Shown: piece after piece, positions 35,949-46,700 of the stretch
Numbering within the stretch: position 1 is the first letter of the stretch
Layout: every line of letters begins with the position of its first letter
Assembly (NCBI RefSeq): GCF_000143415.4
Contig: NW_003314277.1
Span: forward strand, 1,923,454 to 1,987,453
DNA from: Selaginella moellendorffii
Taxonomy: Eukaryota; Plantae; Lycopodiophyta
Length of the DNA stretch: 64,000 nucleotides
Direction: 5' to 3'
Program-made: the position numbers and the translations under genes
Notes under the pieces: model-generated
Database searches by the model: none
What the model saw: only the letters and a program-made list of their open reading frames with translations
What the model was told of the DNA's origin: nothing

Positions 35949-37669
35949 CGATTCAATAGCCTGTAAATACATGGTGCGTGAATGGGATTTTTTTCTTCTA
36001 GAAAGACTAAAACGTAGGACGAGTATCTCAAAAAGTTTGTAGAAATTTCCTCAGATAGAACACAGCCAAGATTCTCGGTCACCAGACACTGTAAATCTCT
36101 TTCCGAGAAGCTGGTGGTCAAGAGGCGTGAGCCACGCTGATATAAGTCTTTAGATTGTGTACAGCACAACATTCCTGTTATGTTTTTGTACCTTGTGATT
36201 TTAATCTGGTGGAGTGCCCTCTGTGGTTTTCATATGTCTTCTATCTTATGCGAATTGAGCACTGAAAGCAATGGGAATGCTTCATCGTTTGTTGGCAACG
36301 AAAATCTCTTCTTATAATTTTTTCTCCCGAATCCGCAATTAATGTTAGTCCCAAACGCAAAATCGATTTCCTGGCACCAAATTAGAAGAACTGCAAGTCT
36401 ACTATGGTGTAGCAGTTTAACAGAACCAACTCTCCATTCATGGACACATGCACAAAAACAAAGGAAACCAAAGAATAATCGATTTCTGAAGCACAAGAAT
36501 GCAAACAAAACACCCTGTGCGCTCACACTAGCACCCATACCAAGAAGCTCATTTGCCACGTCATCAAAGGTTCAGAAACTCGGTCAACGACACTCCACAT
36601 AAACAACATATTACAAAAAATTTCCATTCCTTTTTTCTGTGAGGGCAGATTTCAAGATTTTCTTGATACTTACAATAAGAATAAGTAGGGTAAAGATTGA
36701 TCAAATTTTATATCTGTGTTTAGTATTGAAGGATTGTTAGAGCTTTAAAAGAGACTTTTTACTATATTATCCATCCACAGTTAATATTACCCTGCCTCGA
36801 AGCCCAAGGAGAGCGCCAAGCAGAGGCACCTTCCAACTCGGTGGTGCAGCCCCCTGTCCGGGAATACTTGCCACGGTTGGCCAGTATGCGCACGATACTA
36901 ATTTTATGCATCCTCTTGGGGTTTTAGTGTTTAGATTTTGTTTCAGTCGCTCATTGATCTTTGTAATCATTCAGTGTGTAAGGAACTAGCATTGTTTTCT
37001 CAGTAATCACTGGCAAATTTTGTTTTTCTTACTTTGTGCTTTACTCACGGAATGAACAAGTCTCTAGCCAAAGTAAGCATTTGCCAAGTGAAAACTTTCT
37101 AAATCGAGAGAGTTTCCCTTCAAAGTTAGACTCATGCAAACTCACAAGTTAATCTCCTTGGAGTGAGTTGCTACCCCTCCAAAGATCTCTGAATCTACCT
37201 GGTAATCTCCAAAATGAAAGTGTGGGAACATGTCGAGATAACAACAACAGAATCCCCTGCTTATTTCCATAAGGAAATTTTTTATCTTAAGCTTAATATA
37301 AGTTCTAGTTTTAATCAACCAATTGGGACACAAGCTTTTACTTTTCAGGCCGTGATTCAAGAATTTGATCCAGCAGCCATTCAAGTCGTTTATACTGTTG
37401 CCTTAGTGCATATGGAGGCATGTGGAGTTCAACCTGCTCCACTTAAAGATTTATATTTTCTAGTCTCAACAGATCAACACAATTCGAAGTATACACGGTG
37501 GATTAATCCATTGACAGGCCAGCTGCAGAGTCAAGATCTAGATTAAGGTTCACTCTTGAACGTATGGTAGGAAACCAAGTCTTCCCAAGTAAAGTTCTTG
37601 ACCTCACACACGTCAAGTGTCTTGATGGACTTGTAAATGGGGCCAGGCTTTCTGTCGTAGTACATGTGT

Positions 37670-37790
37670 GAGAAGGATAGATTGATATACAACATATGCC
37701 TGAAAAGGATAGATTGAAGCGTGAAAAGAGAAGGATAGATTGATATACAATATATGCCTGAAAAGGATAGATTGAAGCTTGAAAAGAGAA
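37670..37790 (+). repeat. Tandem repeat, 2 x 58 bp
   Basis: gagaaggatagattgatatacaa(c/t)atatgcctgaaaaggatagattgaagc(g/t)tgaaaa repeated. Confidence 0.85.
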
Positions 37791-38846
37791 TTACCGTGAT
37801 CCCCAGTGACAGAAGTCTGAGGAGACAGAGAAGGTACTTTGCAAGCAGCCGTCCACACAGAGCTTCACTCTCAAGAGGACAATGCGCCGACTAGAATGGG
37901 AACAATCTTCATGGGCACCCTTCACTTGTATGTCTAAGTCAGTAGCGAATCCACGCACCAATTACTCTAGAACGATTTAGAAAAGAGAGAGTTACCCGCT
38001 GAAACTTTCTCCATGCTGTGCTCCCACATCCACACGCATCTCTTCAAACTGGCCAGTTTCCTTGAGCTCTCTGTCGACTACAGAAAAAATTACGACTAGT
38101 AAGTTTGCCTTATGGAAGTTTTGCACAATCCGAGAAGGCAAAAGCTAAAGTTTAGTCAAAGATCATCGGCTATCATCATCGAAGAAAAGAGTTGGAGAAG
38201 GCAAAAGCTATTAAAGTTTAGTAAAGATCATCAGCGAAGAAAAGTCTAAACTCAAGCCTTGAACGTTCTATGGCACTTAGATGCAATGTGGAGATCCAAC
38301 ACAAAATCTATCTAAAGACCAACGTGCTGACATTCGTGCACAACAACGCGCACTCTTGATTAATCATCAAGATTGACAACTCTTTGAGGTGGGACTCCCA
38401 GAGATTTCCTAGAGGACATATGCAACTTTGTTTGGCTTAGTATTATTGACTATCCAACTCCAACCATGGATAATATAGTAAAAAGACTTTTTGCAAGTTC
38501 TAATTCAACACTAACAAAGTGACTTCCAACACCTTTACAGGATTTTAACCTTTTGACTTTTCCAAAGAGTTTTAAAACTTTTGTAGTCCACTACACTATT
38601 TTACACCACAACCAAACTATATCCCTGCCGTGATTTACCCTTCAAACACTTCTTGGACACTTTTAAACAAGCAACTGATATTAACTTTGATCCATCTTTC
38701 ACCTCTTTTTAATATTCACCTCTTATTTTCTTATTCCTTTTGCAAGTATCAAGAAAAAAGTTTGAACTTAGTTTCTGAAAAAGTTTAGAACCCAACAAGC
38801 TGAGCATATTCCCGAATCTAGGGCTCAGTGTTGAAGTACGATGATG

Positions 38847-39955
38847 GATTTTGCGTTTGGGACTAACATTATTTGCGGATCCGAGAAAAAAAATTCTTAG
38901 AAGAGATTTTTGTCACCAACAAACAATGAAGCCCTATTGCTTTCAATGCTGAATTTGCATAAGATAGAAGACTTATGAAAACCACAAAGGGCACTTCACC
39001 AGATTACGATCACAAGGTACAAAGACATAACAAGCATGTGTGCTGTAGATGGTACTGTACACAATCTGGAAACTTACATCAGCGTGGCTCACGCCTCTCA
39101 AGCACCAGCTTCTAGGAAAGAGAATTTACAGTGTCCGGTGACCAAGAATCTTGGCTGTGTCCTATCCGAGGATAAGTTCTACGAACTTTTTGAGGTACTC
39201 GTCATAAGTTTTAGTCTTTCTAGAAGAAAAAAAAACCAATTCACGCGCTATATTTACAGGCTATTGACCCGTCAGTGCCCCCTGACGAGGCTGAGCAGGA
39301 AGTGTTTGTAGTTTCCAGAAATGTCACCCAAGATCATTGATTCTAATGGCTTCTTTAGAAATCCGCCTTGATGTACTGCATATCCTGCTTGGCCGTGGTG
39401 ACGACCACTCTAATCAGCGTCGAGTCATCGGTTCCCATACCTTTCATCAAGTCATACAAAACCTGGACGGAGAGAATACGCATAAGTTTCGAAGGAAGAA
39501 CGGAAGCAAGAAAAAACGTGACAAACCTTGGCGAAGTATCGTCCAGGCCTTGTTGCAGACTTAACGATCAGCCTGAGAGCATCTTCGAAGTCCCTGGAAG
39601 TTTCTCGCTTTATGGCCTTCCAGCAAAAGTAAGTTTTCACTTTCCTTCCTTCCAACTTTAAGAACTAGGCAGCTTTCTGGACACTGGATAGATGACTTTG
39701 TCAATGTCACGCTTGTACAGGTGTTTGTAGGCTGCTAATGTGGCGTGGAGCTGCATGGCACTCCTCATTGAGAAAACGTGAATGAAAGTCTACTCGTCAG
39801 TGCCAACCCTTCCTTCCCCAGATCTATACAACTCTCTGGCGTCAGCGTCAGCTAAATGCATGTCTACGTGAGGCCCCTCTGGCTGCTGTCCACTTGCAAA
39901 GGCCAAGAGCAACTGCAATATCAAAGACAAAGAACAAGCTCGTGAAAACTCGTTT
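38847..39955 (-). pseudogene. Inverted partial duplicate of the annexin (last three exons, introns and 3' flank; mirrors 35270-36364)
   Basis: Near-identical reverse complement including introns. TCG>TAG nonsense change in GTDE(S>*)T and a deletion in the last exon; truncated at a foldback element. Confidence 0.92.
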
Positions 39956-39957
39956 AT

Positions 39958-40244
39958 ATGTAATTGATTATGAAAGGAATAATATTGTTGAAATGAATGG
40001 GGTTATAAGTGGTTATAATTATGAAAAGTTATAATTATGAAAAAATTGCACACGAACCAACCTTTCCGAGCTTGACTCTCTCTCACTTCTTATAAAAGAA
40101 TGAAACTCTTTTGAAAGGAAGAGAGCATGGAGATGAGAGGGAGAACAAATAATCAATGTTACAACTTTTATGATTGATTGGTGCCTCTTGCTTATAACCC
40201 CATTCATTTCAACAATATTATTCCTTTCACAATCAATTATACAT
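39958..40244. mobile_element. MITE-like foldback element with ~50-bp terminal inverted repeats
   Basis: taattgattatgaaaggaataatattgttgaaatgaatggggttataag (39961-40009) versus cttataaccccattcatttcaacaatattattcctttcacaatcaatta (40191-40239); no coding capacity. Confidence 0.75.
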
Positions 40245-40549
40245 TTAGTATGGGTGGCTCTTTAAGATTCTTATATCTCTTTAGAATTTAAATAGTTACA
40301 TATTTTTTTAAAATAATTAATTTTTTCCTTTGCAAGAACACAACTAATTAAAGTGTATAATATAGAAGAATATCTTTATTCTTTCTTGTCAGTTTCTCCC
40401 CAATTTTTTTCTAAATCTTCCTTTGTAAAAGATTCAAGCTAAAGTTGGGATTAGTTAGTCTAGAAAATCTATGTCTCGATAAGGGTAATTAAATAAAAAA
40501 ATCCATTCTTCACTTCCCGATATAACTTTCTAGACAAGTAGGTGTGTTC

Positions 40550-43500
40550 CTTCTGGATTAGTTTTTGAAGCAGTGGATAAAGTATTTTGGCAATCTCAAT
40601 TATTATCGCTAGAAATAAAGGAGTTTAAATACATGAGAGGTGAGGAGCTTCCTTCTTCTTATAATGGGAATATATTCTTTGAGTTTCTACCGGCTAGTTT
40701 GTCAAGTAGGAAGAGGGGTATGACACATCTTGATCCACATAAATGGTGTAGAGTAAAGATGACCCACTTCTCCCATTTCAATGAATTTATGTCCATAGTG
40801 TATTGTAGTGGACAGCTTTAGTGTGTCATTAAGAAATGCATTTTTGATCATTACAAAAATATATGTTTCTTTGAAGGCTCAACAATTAATCCCCCTAGGT
40901 GTGATGAGGTTGCTATATGGTTTAGATGTTGTAAATGCGGGTAACATCTGTGTGTCAAGCATGTTACAATGCAAAAATGTATTATTTCTTTCACGGGATG
41001 GATATTTACGTAAAGCAACAGTCCACCAACACGCAATAGAGGAAGAAATCCACTATGATTCTTTTCACAATTTGAAAGTTGCTATTACTACAGAGGTTGG
41101 GAAGAAAAGTATTGTAACTTTAAAGTGTGTTTAATAGTTTGTATTAAAGGACTATGTGGTGGACACTTTGCTATAATCTAATAGCAAAAAAGAGTTCACA
41201 GAGAATAGCTTGAAAGAACTTCGAAATATAGAACCTGTGACAAATTTAAATAGGTATAAGATTAATACTTAACTCTACTTTGTCACTAATAACACTATTT
41301 TTTTTTAGTAGAATAAAAAATTGGATGTAAGAAGGGCGAGATGAAAAACTTCAATCTAGATTAAATGCAAGTTTGGAGTTAAAGAAAAAATATCCCTACA
41401 AGTTTATTCATGGGAGCTTGTTCATTGGCCAAATGACTTTAAATAGTCAACACCCTTTCATCTTTAAAATGCCAAACCTTAGTCCTATTTTTGGTGTGGC
41501 CCTTATATAACAAATGGATATGGATGGAGATGGGGATTTGGTTAATTCCTAGATCCATTTCAACCATATGAAAAGAGTTTCAAGCTAGTCAACTATGGGA
41601 GCCTATGTTTATAATCACAAGTAAGTGGCTTTTCATTTTTTAAGGATTCCATACTAATTTACATTATACTCATTCCTTCTATAGGTTGGAATGCACATTG
41701 ACTATAGCTGAATTTAAAGTTTAAGATTTCCAAGCTCAAATTGTCTTTTGGACATATATGTTTGAGGTTGTTGAATAGCGAACTAGAAAAAAACCCAACT
41801 TCCATGGTTTTATGGGAGATGCTACTAGTGCTAATTGATTGGCTGTGTGGCAAGTGTTTGGAGGTGATAAAAGTCAGTTGTTACAAAGTAAAGAAAAAAG
41901 TTGTGAGGTTTATTGGGCAAAGAGTGTCAACAAATATTACTGATGCATCAAGTTTGACTTCTATCACGAGTTCAAGCAACTTTGTCGGGAATGGATGGAT
42001 GCACCAACTAAAGAGGAGCACAAAGCAAAGGCAAATGAAATGTATATATGGTGGTGTGAAGGAGACAAAGTGCTAATTGAATGCCTTTTACATATGAAAT
42101 GATAGCTTGCATCATGGGAAGTTTAAATGTTTCAATAGGGCCATTATATTCTCTATGTAAGTTTTCTTTCATTTTCTTTTTTATCACATTCAAATATTGC
42201 ATTTTCCTAGAATCAACCACTTGATGACATTGCACTTATACCAACAATTATTCTTTAAAAACAAATATTGGAATTGGAAAGCTTCTGAAGCAGGGAAAGG
42301 AAAAATATCCCTCTATAAAGCTACACTCTTTGACCTCACTAGATCTCTTGAGCAGTCATCAAAAACTTTGGTTGCATAGGAAGTAAGGTTTGCTAGTATA
42401 GGTCCGAACTTAAACAGGCTTCAAAAGGACAACATCGGCAGCAAGGTCAATGTTTAAGATGGTGGAGGAAGTTGTTGCTAGAACTCCTATAGAATTAAGT
42501 TATGAACCATTTAAGGATATGAAAACAGCCCGTATGAAGCGTCGACAAACATTTGATAGGCCAAACATCACTCCTTCTAGCTCTCATCATTCAAAGTTTG
42601 ACTACCTTTTTGTTCTATGACACTGAAGTAGAATTAAAGAACATAGAGTGGAGGAGATGCTAATTGTTACACAAGTAAGTCTAGTGCCAGAAGTTGAGAA
42701 GGTTATTGCTCATAAGTTAGTTTCTTGTATCAATTGGGCAATTCGAAGAGTTAGTGCTAAGAGCAATGCACGTTGCTTTGGAATGATTGGGAGTCGAGGT
42801 CAATGTCTCACATTTGTGCACTCAGGTTCAAATTCTTCAGTAGTGCTATGTTTCTGGGGTTGTCAAGATCTAGGGGTAAAGGGCCGTCAGTCAAACTAGA
42901 TTTACTATTGTGGGACTGATGTTACTCATACAAGATGAATCTATAGCTCAACTATTTTGAATCTAGATTTTGTGCCAAAGGAGTGGCTAGTTGAGCAAAG
43001 CTACAATCTTTTTAAAGAAGAGATTGAAATTTGGAGATAGTAGGTTTCAAACTAAAGACTTTCTCAAATATTGTTGTTGATACTGCTATGCCACCAATGT
43101 CAACATTAAACCAGTATACATGACCAACTAGGAATGGAAAGGTTGTACAATATAGATCTTTAATTTCAAAAGGTGCACAAGAGAAGATCAAGCTAGCAAA
43201 AGAGTTGAAATGCACAATCACAAAGACAAATTACATCAATGCTGTAGTTAAGGAGTTTGTTGTTGTGACTGAGTCATCAAAAGGTATGAGCTACATTGTC
43301 TGAATCTACAAAAATCCATTCTGTACCCATCCAGATTTTACACAAAGGGAGAACAAGGGAAAGGTATATTTAGCCTACAAACACATCTATTACATTTTTA
43401 TACAGGAATTAAACCAAGATCTTAAGATTGACCATCATATCCACCAAGCAAACCTTACAATTGTAGAGCTTGAGAAGTGTTTTTAGATTGCTTTTAGTGT
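40550..43500 (+). mobile_element. Highly degenerate transposase-like remnant with a decayed SWIM zinc finger (MULE-like?)
   Basis: At ~43250-43400 the frame reads SYIV*IYKNPFCTHPDF...LAYKHIYYIF, resembling SWIM Y.V...C.CPDF...CKHI. Stop-riddled coding-like sequence upstream. Boundaries approximate. Confidence 0.45.
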
Positions 43501-43753
43501 TGAGATCTATTTATATTTGTATTTTATTGATTGAATTTACTTGGAAATATAGATTAAATCAAAATTGGAAAGATGAAAAAATATTAGTTCAAGATGAACA
43601 AATGTTTATCTTATATTTGAGAAGTCGTGAGCTCATGAGCTCAAAACCTACTCGGGCTCCTAAGTGCACAGATAGGGTGGCTAACTGGATGAAGGATAGG
43701 GGCCTAAAATTTTTTTACAAAGCTACATTAAACTTTATAGAACCACAAGAAGG

Positions 43754-46700
43754 TGTCAAGACCCCCAACAAGATCAAGACTGGAAAATGCAAAAGACAAA
43801 AAGAAAAATTAGTGGAAACAAAGAAAAAGCCTTAGACTGGAGTTGATTCAGATTGTGGAGAAATGGAACAAGGCTAACCTATATATACTATAGGTTGATG
43901 AAGCTCCACCACTCTTGGATCGAAGACGGCCTAAATATAGTTGAGGTTGAGGAGGCGCCACATCATCATCAGGAATGTGGCTTGATACTCAGGAATCGTA
44001 CAGGAAATCAGAGAGTCAGGAATAGAGAAGTGTCTCGAGAGTTAGGAATAGAGAAGTGTCTTGAGAGTCAGGAATGTGGTCTGCAGGTTAGGAATCCGGC
44101 GAGAGTCAGGAATGTGGCAAGAATTGGGGGATTGCTAATAGCACCCCCTCCTCAAGAACGAGTGGAACGAGGATGTGAACGAGAATGAAGAGGAGGATGA
44201 GATGAGTGGCGAGGGATGGGAGATGGAGAAAAAGAATGAGGACTGGGACGAGAAGGATAGCAGAGGTGGAAGTCCTGAACAAGGTCAAAAGAATGAATGA
44301 GGTTGTCCGCAGGTTCCCAAGTGCATTCCTTAGGTCCGTAACACATCCAGTCAACCAGATAGTAGAGTTTAGACCGTGAAATCTTGGAATCAAGGATGTC
44401 CTGAACCTCATACTCAGACCCATCCTCGAGCTGCATTGGTGGAGGCGGAGGAATGACCCAATTTGGAATAGGACTGGGAATATAAGGCTCAAGGAGAGAG
44501 GAGTGAAAAATGGGGTGAATTTGATATGAGGAGGGAAGTGCAAGGCGATAAGTGACAAAATTAATGATGGCAGTGATAGGGAAAGGACCTAGGCGTTCGA
44601 AATCAAGTTTTGGACAGGGCCTGGTGGTGGAGATATTTCACCTGAGGAGCCAGACTTTATCCCCGATATTGTAAGGGGGACAATCCTGACGATGGATATT
44701 GGCAAATGTTTTGTGAGATTCCTGAGCACGATGGAGGTGGAAGGAGATGGAGTTGTGGATTTCCTGGAGGTTGGAGACAAATGCCTCAGAGCGGGGATTT
44801 GAACGAGAGGATTTGAATGGAGAAGGAAGTGAGAGATTGAATCGGGGATTTCGGCCAGAGTTCACAAAGAAGGGGGAAATTCGAAGAGAGGAGTGAACAT
44901 AGTTGTTATAAAAGAACTTAGCAAAAGGAAGGATATCGAACCAGTTATCCTGATGATAGTTGATGAAGCACCTCAAGAATTGTTCCAATGTCTGAATCGT
45001 TTGCTCGGACTATCCATCAGTTTGAGGATGATACGCCAAAGAGAGGTTGGCCTTCACTCCAAGCAGCTGCAAAAACCGTTGCCAGAAATGAGAGATGAAC
45101 TGAGGCCCCCGATTCGAAACCACATCTATAGGAATCCCATGAAGTCGAAAAATTTCCCTGAATACTAGTTTTGCCATGTCCTCGCCTGAAAACTCCTTGG
45201 TACACGGCAAGAAGTGCGCCATCTTTGTGAAGCGATCCACCACAACTAAAATGCTATTGAAGCCTCAAGAACTAGGAAGATCACTCAAGAAATCCATGGA
45301 GATGGATTCCCAAGGACCTGAAGGGACCGGGAGGGAACAAAGCAAACCTGAAGGAAGGTGGTGAGGTATCTTATTCCGGGCGCAAGTGTCACAGGAGGTA
45401 ACAAAAGCTTTGATGTAGTTGTCCATGTGAGGCCACCAAAAGTCCCGTGCAACTAGCTCATAGGTTTTCGCAATGCCGAAGTGACCAGTAGTCGGGCTAT
45501 CGTGGCACGCCATCAGGACTAACCTTTGAGCATCACCTTCAGGAACGTAAAGCTGCTCCCCACGGTACAATAAGCCATCTAAGAACTCAAACTCGTCAAA
45601 TCGCCGGCAGTCGGGAGTCACTGGGTGTCCAGCTTGAAGATGGGGGAAAATGTTGCTGGCGAGATCATCAGATTGAAGATCGTTTCTGATCGCATCCATG
45701 AAGGAGGAGTCCTGAGGGGCCAGGGAAATTGCCATAACTTGAAGCCGATCAAGACCGAGGATAACTTGATCCTGTTGATCGAAGGCAGGACTACCAGGCC
45801 TGAGATTGAGATAGGAGCGCCTTGAGAGAGCATTAGAAAGGCCTTGAAGCTTTCCAGGTCTGTACTTGATAACAAAGTCAAACCGACTCAAGAATTGTGC
45901 CCACTTCGCTTGATGATGGCTCAAAACTCGGGAAGTGGCAAAGTACTCGAGATTTTTGTGATCTGTCCAGACTGTTGTTTGATGGCCCGCCCCCTCCAAG
46001 AAACGGCGCCATCTCCAAAGGAATCCACGATGGCAAGGAGCTCCTTGTCGTGGATTTCGTAATTGCTCTCCACAGGCTGGAATTTCCGAGAATGGAAAGC
46101 GATCGGATGAAGTTCGTGATCCGCTCTGAGTTGAGACAGCACAGCATCGATGACAAAGTCGGAGGCGTCAGTCTCGATGAAGAAAGGTTGTGAGGAATTA
46201 GCATGGATTAAGATGGGAGCAGAACTAAAGGCCGCCTTGAGTGTGTCAAAGGCCTACTGGGCAGCAGTAGACCAAGAGAAGGGAACATCCTTGTGAGTGA
46301 GATGTGTGAGAGGAAGGACAATGTCAGAGTAATGATCAATGAATTTGCGGTAGAAGTTGGCGAAGCCAAGGAAAACTTGAACGTCTGACATTGATTGTGG
46401 AGGCTCCCATTCGAGAATAGTCTTGACTTTGGCAAGATCCATCGTGATACCCTCAGGAGTGACAATGTACCCAAGGAACTCCACAGACTGCTGATCGAAG
46501 GAACATTTCTCAAGCTTTGCGTATAGGCCGTATTCTTGCAGCTTCGCCAGCACCTTGCATACATGTTCATTATGATGCTCCTGAGTTTTTGAGTAGATGA
46601 GGATGTCATCAAGGTAGACGATCACCATCTGATCAAGAAACTCCCGAAAGACGTTGTTCGCCATGTGTTGGAAAATTTCTGGAGCATTTGTTAAGCCAAA

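Noticed and set aside
28421-36000. P450, annexin and neighbours as a biosynthetic gene cluster
   Set aside because: Only one metabolic enzyme, with no scaffold-forming or tailoring partners nearby.
43470-44188. ORFs 43470-43835, 43853-44188 and 49068-49292
   Set aside because: Chance frames across LTR sequence and its tandem repeats.
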